From the IMG/VR virus record IMGVR_UViG_3300045988_133767, positions 1 to 42,702 of that record: DNA of 42,702 nucleotides. The stretch is one strand, 5' to 3'. The notes beneath the pieces were generated by a model. The model was not told the DNA's origin, made no database searches, and saw nothing but the letters and a program-made list of their open reading frames with translations. The position numbers and the translations under genes are program-made. The DNA comes from a virus. Within the stretch, counting starts at the first letter, position 1, and every line of letters starts with the position of its first letter. Below, in pieces: positions 14,833 to 24,031 of this stretch.

Positions 14833-16701
14833 ATGAGCAATAGCAATATAGAAACTATAACTAGAGAACATGATAATTTCTCTTCTAGTTATAGTGAACT
14901 TGTAAATTTACTTGAAAAAGTAATAGAGAATAAGGAAATAACACAAGATGATAAGTATGACTTGGAAAAAGCACATGCTACCTATACAGAAAATTACAAT
15001 GAAGTTAAAAGAATACTAGAAAATGAAAAGGAAAGTAATTTAAATGATCAACTAGAAGAGGTGGGATATAAAAAATTAGATGCTGATTTAAATAGTGTTA
15101 TGAATATACTCACTAATAATGGTGAAAAAAATACTTTTTATTTAGGCGAAGATGGAAGAATATTAATTGATATGCAAAGCATACCGATGTTAACCTTATT
15201 AGTTCAGAAACTTAGCTTAATAGCAAAAGGACTAGATTCTGATGATGAAGAAAGTAGCATCACTATAGCACCAGAATTCATACAACTTCTTTCAACTTCA
15301 GATATTCTGTTGAAAGCTAAAAATATATTATTAGAAGGCTATACCACTATAAATGGTGGATTTTCTATAGATGAAAGCGGGAATATGACTGCTAATAATG
15401 GTAATTTCAATGGAGCAGTTAATGCACAAGGTAATATGACCGCCGATACTCTTATTGTTAGAAAAATTGTTAGTAAAGATATTATTAATTCGCTTACAAA
15501 TGATATATCTGTAACTATAGCAACAGATGGTGATGATGCATCTGCTGTTATTAGTAGTGCAAAATTCTATACTGCGCAAGGCTTTTTAGATGCTTTGCCA
15601 AAAAATCTTAATGGAAATAGCATATATATAACTCTTGACAAAGAATGTAATGAAAACTTGAATTTGAAGGGATTTTCTAATGGTGATATATATCTGTATA
15701 TGAATATGAAGAATTATAACGGCAATATAGCTGGATATAATTGTACAGCAAAACTATTCATATATGGAGCTACTACTATTACTGGTATTCCAGATGGGGT
15801 AGATAGTCAAAGACCTGCTGTAATGCCAGCATCTATGGTAGGTAGCAACACATATTATTACGGAATGTATTTCTCAAATTGCAATTTTGTTACACTTAGA
15901 AGTATTAATATATATGGTCAAACAACGTCAAATAGTTATTATGCGATAGGAGCAGAACATGGAACAACATTGTTAATGCAAAACTGCAAAGTAATAGGCA
16001 GTCAAAATGGAGTACAAGTTAGAGGCAGCAAAGTTATTATGTATAAGAATTATGGGAAAACAAATAATTATGCTGCTAGAGCCATATATGGTGCTACAAT
16101 ATGCATTCAAGATGGTTCTATTCCTAGCGGTCAACTAGTTCACGATAATTCATCACAAATAATACAAGATAGCAACAAAGTTACTGTAGATAGCACTACG
16201 ACTGAAACTGGAACTAATACTAATACAGGAACTACAACAAGTAAATCAGTTACATTCACTTCTGACTATGGAGATACATATCGTTATACATGGAGCGATT
16301 GGGCACAAGATAACCTAGTCATACAAGGGAAATGGACATCTAACAGTGTAGGAGCATGGTTCTTTGGAAATGACTTTGCTAAATTGCAAGGCAAGACTAT
16401 AACAAAAGTTGTTCTAAAAATAGAACGTACAAGTGGAGGTAGTTCTTCTAATAATGAAGCTAAAATAGTTATGCATAATCATTTAAGTAGGCCTTCTGGT
16501 GAGCCTACTTATTTAAGTTGGAGCAAAACTGCTAATCTTACAATGAATGCAACAACAACAGTTACAATAACAGATAGTGCAGTATTGAATGCGATAAAAA
16601 ACGGAACAATGAAAGGATTTGGATTAAAGCACATATTCGATAAAGATCATTATATGAAATGTACAGGAGTTATAAAAGCAACAATAACTTATCAAGACTA
16701 G
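14833..16701 (+). CDS. tail fibre/spike protein with beta-helix-like repeats
   Basis: 622 aa with RBS AAGGAGG. The central region (NCNFVTLRSINIYGQ...NCKVIGSQNGVQVRGSKV...) resembles a right-handed parallel beta-helix. The gene lies in the baseplate/fibre block. Confidence 0.55.
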   Translation: MSNSNIETITREHDNFSSSYSELVNLLEKVIENKEITQDDKYDLEKAHATYTENYNEVKRILENEKESNLNDQLEEVGYKKLDADLNSVMNILTNNGEKNTFYLGEDGRILIDMQSIPMLTLLVQKLSLIAKGLDSDDEESSITIAPEFIQLLSTSDILLKAKNILLEGYTTINGGFSIDESGNMTANNGNFNGAVNAQGNMTADTLIVRKIVSKDIINSLTNDISVTIATDGDDASAVISSAKFYTAQGFLDALPKNLNGNSIYITLDKECNENLNLKGFSNGDIYLYMNMKNYNGNIAGYNCTAKLFIYGATTITGIPDGVDSQRPAVMPASMVGSNTYYYGMYFSNCNFVTLRSINIYGQTTSNSYYAIGAEHGTTLLMQNCKVIGSQNGVQVRGSKVIMYKNYGKTNNYAARAIYGATICIQDGSIPSGQLVHDNSSQIIQDSNKVTVDSTTTETGTNTNTGTTTSKSVTFTSDYGDTYRYTWSDWAQDNLVIQGKWTSNSVGAWFFGNDFAKLQGKTITKVVLKIERTSGGSSSNNEAKIVMHNHLSRPSGEPTYLSWSKTANLTMNATTTVTITDSAVLNAIKNGTMKGFGLKHIFDKDHYMKCTGVIKATITYQD

Positions 16702-16716
16702 AGAGGAAGTGACGAT

Positions 16717-19665
16717 TTGAGTAATATAACTAATTTAAATAGAGATTACTTAATCAAAATAAATGTAAAAGAAGCAACGATAGATGTACCAAAGATGACG
16801 TTCTGGAATACAGATAAAAAGACTTCAAATATGTTTGTGCAACTTGTTATAAATATGAGTACAAATGAATTAATAAGTCAATACGTAACTGTTCAAAATG
16901 CAACTGATTATAAAATTACATTAAATGTAATAAAACCTAAAACAAAACAATACAAAACAATTGAAGCCACTCTATTAAATGAGGAAAAAGCTTTATTTGA
17001 AATAGATTTACCAGATGAATTTACTGATCAAGTCGGAGATTATAGTTTTGAATTTGAAGTATCTAGTAAGGTAGATAGTAATGACGAAAGTATAACGACA
17101 TCAAATGGTACCTATAAAGTAAATGGAAGTATATTAACTAACTTAAATGAGGAAACATCATCAAGTCCAGATTTACCTATACTTAAGCAATTAATAGAAC
17201 AGGTAAAATCTCTGCAAGGTGGAGATTTAACGGGTTATCAAAAGAAAAATGATGCTGCACAAAAAACTATTGTTGAAGATGGCAAATTATATCTTACTAA
17301 ATTAGATGGTACTAAATTAGATGATGGTACTACTTTACCTACAGGTAGTGGTACTTCTATAGATGATACAAATACTACTACTGATAAAACTTGGTCATCA
17401 AGTAAAATAGATTCGCAATTTAAAGATATTGCGAACATAGGTAAATTAACAGATTTAGATACAACAGAAAAATCTAGTATTGTTGGAGCAATAAATGAGC
17501 TTTTTCAAAGTGTCAGTAATGGAAAACAATTAATCGCTACAGCTATTACTGACAAAGGTGTAAATACAAGTAGCGATGATACATTTCAAGCTATGGCGAC
17601 TAATATAGGTAAAATTAGTAGTGGTAGTAGTATTACATATTCCGTAACAAACAACCTAAGTCATGCAGTTAATAATAATAGCAATACTACAGTAGAAAAA
17701 TATAATTCTTATAGTGCTAATATAACTGTTGAAACTGGTTATAAACTTGATTCGGTTACAGTTACTATGGGAGGAACAGATATTACTTCTAGTTGCTATA
17801 GTAATGGAAATATAAGTATTGAACACGTTACAGGTGATATAATTATAACAGTCGTGACATCTATAATTCCTCCAAATACATATAGTGTAACTAATGCATT
17901 AACTCAATGTACTTCTAATAATAATTCTACAACTGTAATTGAAGGACAAAATTATACTGCTACGATAACTGCAAATACTGGGTATACTATTAATAGTATA
18001 GTTGTAAAAATGGGAAATACAGATATAAGTTCAAGTGCTGTAAGTGAAAATGTTATTACAATTACAAATGTTACTGGCGCCATAGTAATAACTGCAATAG
18101 CATTAGAGAATTCACAATATAGTTTTGGTGTAATGTCTGATATGCATATACCAACTGACGAAACTTCCGATACTGTATACGGAAGTACATATAAAGGGAT
18201 AACTAAATTTACAAATGTAGTTAATAAATTGAAAGATACTGATTTAGATTTTATATGTGCTACTGGAGATATGACAACATATGGAAATGCCACACAATAT
18301 ACTAATGTAGCCAATATAGTGAAGAATTTAAATAAACCGTTTTATTCTTGTAATGGGAATCATGATATGATTTATAATAATGAGAATGATACAAAATGGA
18401 AAACTTACTTTGGTCATAATATGAATTATGTATTTACGAAAAATAATGATGTATTCATATTTATGAATTTAACTACAAGTGGAACAACTATAGATACGCC
18501 ATATACTACTAATGTAGATTGGTTGGAAACCCAATTGAATAATTATAAAAATAAAAGAGTATTTTTATTTATGCATTTGCCTCTAACAGGATATGCTGGA
18601 TTAAAAACAAGTGAAAAATATGGATTTAGTGATGGGTCAACGGAAGATGAAAGAATACTTAGTTTATTAAAACAACACTTAAATGTACATTGTTTTAGTG
18701 GTCATACTCATTATACTTTTGCACTACAAGAAGATTATCCAGATATAATTGTGGCTAAATTAGATTATTATAATATATCATTAATTCACGTTCCTTCACT
18801 TACTCAACCAAGAAATAAAGCTGGAAATATGACAGATTTATCAGTGTCTAATCAACATTTAGAAATGTTTAAAGTTGATGTATATGAAAATAAAATAATT
18901 CTTCATGCATATAATGTAGCTACTGAAGAAGATGTGTACACATACGAAATATCTACAGATGCTGATTATACTAAGGCGAACAGTATAATCACATCAACTT
19001 ATAATGTTAATATAAACGAAGGTCAATCTCAAACATTTACAGTTAAGTTAGAGAAAGCACCTAGTAAAGATATAACAATTGATTTATCTAGTGCAAGTCA
19101 ATATGTATCTGTATCACCTTCTACATTAACATTCACAACTTCAAATTATTCAACAGAACAAACAATAACTGTCAATGCTGTAGATGATGGAACAACAGCA
19201 GATTATACTACATTGGTACATTTAACAAGTAATGATATCCCTAATGTAGATGTAAATATAGCAGTTACTAATACAACAGTAATAGAACCAGTAGTTCAAG
19301 GTTATGATTTTAGCTCCATTAATAGTACTTTAACTGAAAAATTTGTACCTAATGAGGGATATCCATATGTTTATCTTTCAGGAACTGATGCAATCTGTAG
19401 TAATGTAAAAATATATAGTACAGAAAATGCAGTGAATAATGTACTTGGTAATGGCGGATGTATAGGTGGTAAATTCAAAAAATACAAATGGAATAATTCA
19501 ACAAAATGGACTTTCTATAAAGATTATGATGCTACTAGTAGAAGATATTATCCTATTACAAATATTTCTGCTTGTAGTGTTAATATTGAAAAGGCTACAT
19601 GGGCAAATAATACTTACACACCAACAGGAGAAATTGCTTTACAAGCGAATATATCTTTAAGCTAA
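16717..19665 (+). CDS. tail fibre / receptor-binding protein with two Ig-like repeats and a calcineurin-like metallophosphoesterase domain
   Basis: 982 aa. There are two modules of about 75 aa (YSVTN...ITVETGYKLDSVTVTMGGTDITS... and ...ITANTGYTINSIVVKMGNTDISS...). The phosphoesterase motifs are SDMH, GDMTTYG, GNHD, FMH and GHTH, at about nt 18120-18830. Confidence 0.7.
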   Translation: MSNITNLNRDYLIKINVKEATIDVPKMTFWNTDKKTSNMFVQLVINMSTNELISQYVTVQNATDYKITLNVIKPKTKQYKTIEATLLNEEKALFEIDLPDEFTDQVGDYSFEFEVSSKVDSNDESITTSNGTYKVNGSILTNLNEETSSSPDLPILKQLIEQVKSLQGGDLTGYQKKNDAAQKTIVEDGKLYLTKLDGTKLDDGTTLPTGSGTSIDDTNTTTDKTWSSSKIDSQFKDIANIGKLTDLDTTEKSSIVGAINELFQSVSNGKQLIATAITDKGVNTSSDDTFQAMATNIGKISSGSSITYSVTNNLSHAVNNNSNTTVEKYNSYSANITVETGYKLDSVTVTMGGTDITSSCYSNGNISIEHVTGDIIITVVTSIIPPNTYSVTNALTQCTSNNNSTTVIEGQNYTATITANTGYTINSIVVKMGNTDISSSAVSENVITITNVTGAIVITAIALENSQYSFGVMSDMHIPTDETSDTVYGSTYKGITKFTNVVNKLKDTDLDFICATGDMTTYGNATQYTNVANIVKNLNKPFYSCNGNHDMIYNNENDTKWKTYFGHNMNYVFTKNNDVFIFMNLTTSGTTIDTPYTTNVDWLETQLNNYKNKRVFLFMHLPLTGYAGLKTSEKYGFSDGSTEDERILSLLKQHLNVHCFSGHTHYTFALQEDYPDIIVAKLDYYNISLIHVPSLTQPRNKAGNMTDLSVSNQHLEMFKVDVYENKIILHAYNVATEEDVYTYEISTDADYTKANSIITSTYNVNINEGQSQTFTVKLEKAPSKDITIDLSSASQYVSVSPSTLTFTTSNYSTEQTITVNAVDDGTTADYTTLVHLTSNDIPNVDVNIAVTNTTVIEPVVQGYDFSSINSTLTEKFVPNEGYPYVYLSGTDAICSNVKIYSTENAVNNVLGNGGCIGGKFKKYKWNNSTKWTFYKDYDATSRRYYPITNISACSVNIEKATWANNTYTPTGEIALQANISLS

Positions 19666-19743
19666 TAAATATGGAATTTCCAAAGTTTTTTTGTATTTCA
19701 AAAATTGAATAAGTTCACAATTTATAAATATTGCGAACTAATT

Positions 19744-19776
19744 TACAAAGTAAATACAAAGTAAATACAAAGTAAA
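19744..19776. repeat. 3 x 11-bp perfect tandem repeat TACAAAGTAAA
   Basis: Read directly from the sequence. It is intergenic, between the tail fibre gene and the lysis cassette. Confidence 0.9.
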
Positions 19777-19895
19777 AATGGTATTTAAACCATCTTATAG
19801 TATAATAACTGTAAGGGGGTGAAAAAGATGTAAAATGTGAGAATATAAAAAATAAAAACAACTATATATAATTAAAAAAAACTAAATCTATTTTT

Positions 19896-19926
19896 AAAAG
19901 GACTGTAGCGGTACAGTCCTTTTTTA
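19896..19926 (+). terminator. rho-independent terminator after the tail module
   Basis: The stem is GGACTGTA / TACAGTCC with loop GCGG, followed by a T-run (TTTTTTAT). It is preceded by an A-run. Confidence 0.8.
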
Positions 19927-19945
19927 TATAAGAAAGGAATTTTGC

Positions 19946-20179
19946 ATGAATGATGAATGGTTAAAAGACACACTAAAGAGACACGATGAAAGGCTGCAAA
20001 GACATTCTGAAAGAATAGACAAACTAGAAAATACACAGTCTGAAATGGCAGTAAAAATAGAAAATCTATGCAATACCATAGACAAATTAGCAAGCAACTT
20101 AAATAAACTAACTTATGCAATTATAACAGCATTGGTTAGTTTTTTCTTTTATGCAATACAAAATAATTTATTTAATTAA
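19946..20179 (+). CDS. xhlA: XhlA-like haemolysin/lysis accessory protein
   Basis: 77 aa. The N-terminal coiled coil (RHDERLQRHSERIDKLENTQSEM) and a C-terminal transmembrane helix are typical of XhlA. It lies upstream of the holin. Confidence 0.7.
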   Translation: MNDEWLKDTLKRHDERLQRHSERIDKLENTQSEMAVKIENLCNTIDKLASNLNKLTYAIITALVSFFFYAIQNNLFN

Positions 20180-20191
20180 TAGGAGGTAGTT

Positions 20192-20449
20192 ATGTTTGAT
20201 TTAAATTTATTAGGTAGCTATTTAGTTTTAGTAGTAGTAGGTATTTGTGTATGTGTAGGATATGTTATAAAAACAAGTTTTAGTTTTATAGATAATAAAT
20301 ACATACCTTGCATCATGGCACTTTTAGGATGCGCTTTAAACATATGGATAGCTGGATATGTAAGTCCAGAAGTTATACTTGGTGGATTATTTTCAGGGCT
20401 TGCTTCTGTAGGCTTACATCAAGCTTTTAAGAACTTGATAGAAAAATAG
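20192..20449 (+). CDS. holin
   Basis: 85 aa with predicted transmembrane segments and a charged C-terminus (KNLIEK). It lies immediately upstream of the endolysin. Confidence 0.75.
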   Translation: MFDLNLLGSYLVLVVVGICVCVGYVIKTSFSFIDNKYIPCIMALLGCALNIWIAGYVSPEVILGGLFSGLASVGLHQAFKNLIEK

Positions 20450-20546
20450 ATATAAATACTTTATAAGGTGACTGTAAGGTGCTTAGGAAGTGGATAGGAA
20501 GGTCGATTTTTTAAGCATCTTTTATTTTCAGAAAGGATTTGATAAT

Positions 20547-21422
20547 ATGAGTAAAAAATATTTAGTAGCTATAGATGCAGGACATGGTATGCATACAGAA
20601 GGTAAACAATCAGTTCCAATGTCAAAAAATTTATACATAGATGGTGAATTAGTAAGAGCAAAAGGAAAGATCATCAAAGAAAATGAATGGAACAGAGGTG
20701 TAAGTGAATATCTAGCTGCTGCACTAAAAAGATGTGGAATAGATACAATGTTTACTGCAGATATGACAGGTAAAACAGATATTGCCTTGTCTACTAGAGC
20801 AAGTAAAGCTAATAAAGCTAAAGCAGATATATTAATTTCAAATCATTATAATGCAATAGGAAGCTGTGCTAAATGGCAAACTCGAGTTAAAGGGTTATTA
20901 GTATTAAGAACTAAAAATTGTTCTGAAAAATCTATAAAATTAGGAAAATTAGCAGTTAAGCATCTTAAAAAAGACATAGACTATGAATATAGTTATGGTT
21001 TAATGCGCGATGTAGATATGAGTGGATTTACATTAGCTATACTTAGACAAACAACAATGCCAGCAATATTAATCGAGTATGGTTTTATGGATTATTGGAA
21101 TGAAGCAAAACTTATGCTTGATAAAAAACATCAAGAAAAATGTGCTGAAGCAGTTTGTAAGTCAGTATGTGAATATTTCGGAGTAACTTATATAGCAGAA
21201 AAGCAAGAAGCTACTAAAACTAAGTATGTTAGAATATTACAAGATATAAACATACATAGCAAACCAGATTTTGATGCTGCTAATGTAATAGGTAAAGTTA
21301 CTGCTGGTGGAGCTTATACTGTAGTAGAAACTATAAAAAGAACTGGAACAGATATGTATAAATTAAAATCAGGAGTTTATATAACAGCTTCACCAAAATA
21401 TGTAGAAGTATTTGAAAAATAA
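20547..21422 (+). CDS. endolysin, N-acetylmuramoyl-L-alanine amidase (Amidase_3) with a C-terminal SH3-like wall-binding domain
   Basis: The motifs AIDAGHG, ISNHYNA and ILIEYGFMD are present. The likely start is ATG 20547 (MSKKYLVAIDAGHG); the ORF track starts upstream at 20490. Confidence 0.85.
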   Translation: MSKKYLVAIDAGHGMHTEGKQSVPMSKNLYIDGELVRAKGKIIKENEWNRGVSEYLAAALKRCGIDTMFTADMTGKTDIALSTRASKANKAKADILISNHYNAIGSCAKWQTRVKGLLVLRTKNCSEKSIKLGKLAVKHLKKDIDYEYSYGLMRDVDMSGFTLAILRQTTMPAILIEYGFMDYWNEAKLMLDKKHQEKCAEAVCKSVCEYFGVTYIAEKQEATKTKYVRILQDINIHSKPDFDAANVIGKVTAGGAYTVVETIKRTGTDMYKLKSGVYITASPKYVEVFEK

Positions 21423-21430
21423 TTATCGGA

Positions 21431-21470
21431 CGCGACCGATAGCGACCGATAGCGACCGATAGCGACCGAT
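21431..21470. repeat. 4 x 10-bp tandem repeat (C/A)GCGACCGAT
   Basis: Read directly from the sequence. It starts 9 bp after the endolysin stop and is GC-rich relative to the surrounding sequence. Confidence 0.95.
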
Positions 21471-21536
21471 AACATTTAGATAATATGTATAAATATTCCA
21501 GATGTAGTCGATACTCTAATAAAGGAGGTGTCGGCC

Positions 21537-21620
21537 ATGAAAAAAATAGCATTGGAAATAACAGGGCGCATTGCATATCTAGGAATTGGAGTAGCAAGTG
21601 CTATATTAATAATGATGTAA
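21537..21620 (+). CDS. small hydrophobic peptide (27 aa)
   Basis: RBS AAAGGAGGTG lies 6 nt upstream of the ATG. The product is MKKIALEITGRIAYLGIGVASAILIMM, a single predicted transmembrane helix. It is below the ORF-track size cutoff. Confidence 0.45.
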   Translation: MKKIALEITGRIAYLGIGVASAILIMM

Positions 21621-21662
21621 TGGTAGGCTAGGGGAGTATATCTCAGAAGATAATAAATAAAT

Positions 21663-21691
21663 AAGGCTGGAGAAATGAATTCTCTAGCCTT
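21663..21691 (+). terminator. hairpin, possible terminator
   Basis: The stem is AAGGCTGGAGA / TCTCTAGCCTT, 11 bp with one G.U pair. The downstream T-tract is weak. Confidence 0.4.
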
Positions 21692-21724
21692 TAATGTGTT
21701 ATAATAAATGTGGATAAGTTAATT

Positions 21725-21745
21725 TTACTGACATTTTTACTGACA
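21725..21745. promoter_or_regulatory. two TTACTGACA direct repeats (candidate integrase arm-type sites, distal arm of attP)
   Basis: TTACTGACA occurs at 21725-21733 and at 21737-21745. Confidence 0.5.
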
Positions 21746-21901
21746 TTTTAATTTGAAATTTTGTTAAAACGTTGGTATTGCTAATACTATAAGTTTAATA
21801 TAATATAGTTACTAGATATATTAAATATGATTTATTAGTATTTAAATCGGTTTACAATGTTTAAACATCAGTGTTTTTTGATTTATTTATTTTCAAATAG
21901 C

Positions 21902-21960
21902 TTACTGACAATTTACTGACCAGTTAAGTTTTTACTGACAAAACTGACAATTTACTGACT
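21902..21960. promoter_or_regulatory. cluster of five (T)TACTGAC repeats (candidate integrase arm-type sites, int-proximal arm of attP)
   Basis: Copies lie at 21902, 21913, 21932, 21943 (ACTGACA only) and 21952. The last copy overlaps the int stop codon. Confidence 0.5.
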
Positions 21961-23079
21961 TAGTATATTGTCAATTTTGTCAACTGCTATCTTATCATTT
22001 TCCTTAAAAGCGTGCGCGTAGATTTTTAATGTAATAGATATGTCGGAATGACCCACGCGTTCTGATATTGTTTTTACATCTACACCAGATGCAACTAACA
22101 TAGAAACATGAGAATGTCTTAATGCATGTAGCTTTTTAAATTCAAGCCCAATTCTTTTAATAAATCGTTTAAAAGTAATATCTAAATTGTACGGATTATA
22201 ATAATTGTTATTGCTGTTTATGCATACTGTGTCATATTCTTTTTCTTTCATTAAACCTTGTAACTTTAATTTATTTTGTCTTAATTTCTCTTTTTTTAGC
22301 ATGTCAAAAACATGATCTGGCAGAGAAATTTTTCTTATTGATGATTTACTCTTTGGTTGCTTCATGATATATTTACCTTCTATGTATTGTAAATTATATT
22401 GAATTTTTATAGTTTTATTTTCAAAGTCTACACAATCCCATGTTAAACCTAAAACCTCACCGCGTCTTAGACCTCCATAGATCAAAAGCTTTATAGCATT
22501 TTGAAAATATATACTTTCACTTTCTAAAGCGTTTAGTATCTGTTTTATTTCTTCTATCGAATATATTTCTTCTTCGTGTGTTTTATTATTCTTTGGAAGG
22601 ATAATAAAATCAGTAATCTTTTTATTTATCTCTTGTAATCTGTATGCTTCATTTAGTACAGCATTGCATAATTGCATTATTTTTCGTTTTGAGCGATAAG
22701 CTAAATCTTTTTGAAACACATAATTAACAAATGTTTGATATTTATTTACAGTTATGTCACTTAATTTCATATTTCCCCAATAAGTTTCGACATGTTTTTT
22801 TACGATACTTTTCGCACAAGCAATAGTATTTTCAGATATTCCTAACTTGCTATCGTAATATCGATAACAGCGATTTGTAAAAGAAATGTTACTCGGCAAA
22901 GCATAAATATCATTATTTATACTATTTTTAACTTCTATTAATTTTTTATCAGCATCTTTTTTATTTGCGTATGATCCTTGACTCTTTTGTTTCTTTTTGC
23001 CAACTTCATCTATATATTCTACATATACATAATATTTGTCATTTCTTTTACGTATAAAACTACTTAAGATTTTTTTCAT
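21952..23079 (-). CDS. int: tyrosine integrase
   Basis: 375 aa. The C-terminal catalytic signature ALRHSHVSMLV...GHSDISITLKIYAH is present, along with an N-terminal SAM-like arm/core-binding region. Confidence 0.9.
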   Translation of the reverse strand: MKKILSSFIRKRNDKYYVYVEYIDEVGKKKQKSQGSYANKKDADKKLIEVKNSINNDIYALPSNISFTNRCYRYYDSKLGISENTIACAKSIVKKHVETYWGNMKLSDITVNKYQTFVNYVFQKDLAYRSKRKIMQLCNAVLNEAYRLQEINKKITDFIILPKNNKTHEEEIYSIEEIKQILNALESESIYFQNAIKLLIYGGLRRGEVLGLTWDCVDFENKTIKIQYNLQYIEGKYIMKQPKSKSSIRKISLPDHVFDMLKKEKLRQNKLKLQGLMKEKEYDTVCINSNNNYYNPYNLDITFKRFIKRIGLEFKKLHALRHSHVSMLVASGVDVKTISERVGHSDISITLKIYAHAFKENDKIAVDKIDNILSQ

Positions 23080-23142
23080 TGGTAACCCTCCTTATAAAAA
23101 AAGAGCAGCTGGTAAAACTGCCCTGATGTTTATCTATTATTA

Positions 23143-23643
23143 TTACTTACCTAATATTTTATCTACTTCTTTTTGCATTTCTTTTATAATTTTAGCATTT
23201 CCTTCATCGTATTCTTTAAAATACTTTTGAATGTCAGAGTATGACAAATTACCATCCAGATAACTTGAACAACGATCTACTAGTTCGTATCTTCTATCAG
23301 CCAAATCATACCATAGAGATACGATTTTTTCACATTCTTTAGGTATGCTGTTTTCAAATTCAACATCTAGATTTTTTATAGTTAATAACACCTCTGTAAA
23401 GTTTGTTTTCCCTTCTTGAGATTTTACATAAGCATCTCCATCATTTAAAAGATTTTCTACACTATTCCAATCTGCAATTATCTCTTGAAGCTTAACACCA
23501 AATTCATCAAGAAAATCTTGAGTTTCTTGAGATACAACAGTTTTTTGTGTAGTTGTTTTATTTGTAGTAGCTTCATGAGCTTTACAAGCGGTAACACTTA
23601 AACACAACATAGAACATAATATAATACTTAATATTTTCTTCAT
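23143..23643 (-). CDS. prophage lipoprotein (candidate superinfection exclusion factor)
   Basis: The signal peptide carries a lipobox (MKKILSIILCSMLCLSVTAC). The gene lies between int and the repressor gene and is on the lysogenic strand. Confidence 0.7.
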   Translation of the reverse strand: MKKILSIILCSMLCLSVTACKAHEATTNKTTTQKTVVSQETQDFLDEFGVKLQEIIADWNSVENLLNDGDAYVKSQEGKTNFTEVLLTIKNLDVEFENSIPKECEKIVSLWYDLADRRYELVDRCSSYLDGNLSYSDIQKYFKEYDEGNAKIIKEMQKEVDKILGK

Positions 23644-23911
23644 AACTCATCATACTCCCTCTTTTTTATTTTTCTTAAATTGTAGCAGAAAGCTATCAAT
23701 ATAGCATTACTTTCCAACATAATTTGATAAAAAATTAATTTTTCCCCTATATACATGTAAAATATATCAAAATACCTCTTTTGACTTAATGTTTAGTAGT
23801 ATAATAATATTATAAATATTCCAAAAAAATAATATATATAACTTATGACTTGGTGTATAATATATATAAAGAATAAAATAGAACATTTGTTTGTATTAAG
23901 GGGGAATCTAT

Positions 23912-24031
23912 TTGGAAGAAAAGAGTGTATTATTAGAAAGAAAAGAAGAAATATTATTAGTAGACGATGAAATATTAGAAGATATAATAAAAAAAATGCA
24001 AAAACAAGTAGAAAAAAATAAATCTGTGTAA
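23912..24031 (+). CDS. small acidic hypothetical protein (39 aa, TTG start)
   Basis: RBS AAGGGGG precedes the TTG start. The ORF ends at the bidirectional terminator. It is convergent with cI. The evidence is weak. Confidence 0.3.
   Translation: MEEKSVLLERKEEILLVDDEILEDIIKKMQKQVEKNKSV

Noticed and set aside
19466-19660. The + strand ORF 19466..19660 (64 aa).
   Set aside because: It is an alternative frame wholly inside the 982-aa tail fibre gene. It has no RBS.
21431-21470. The 10-bp repeats considered as a CRISPR array.
   Set aside because: The units are contiguous with no spacers and are far shorter than CRISPR repeats. No cas genes are present.
23036-23230. The + strand ORF 23036..23230.
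   Set aside because: It overlaps the start of int and the end of the lipoprotein gene on the opposite strand. It has no RBS, and its sequence is hydrophobic and low-complexity.
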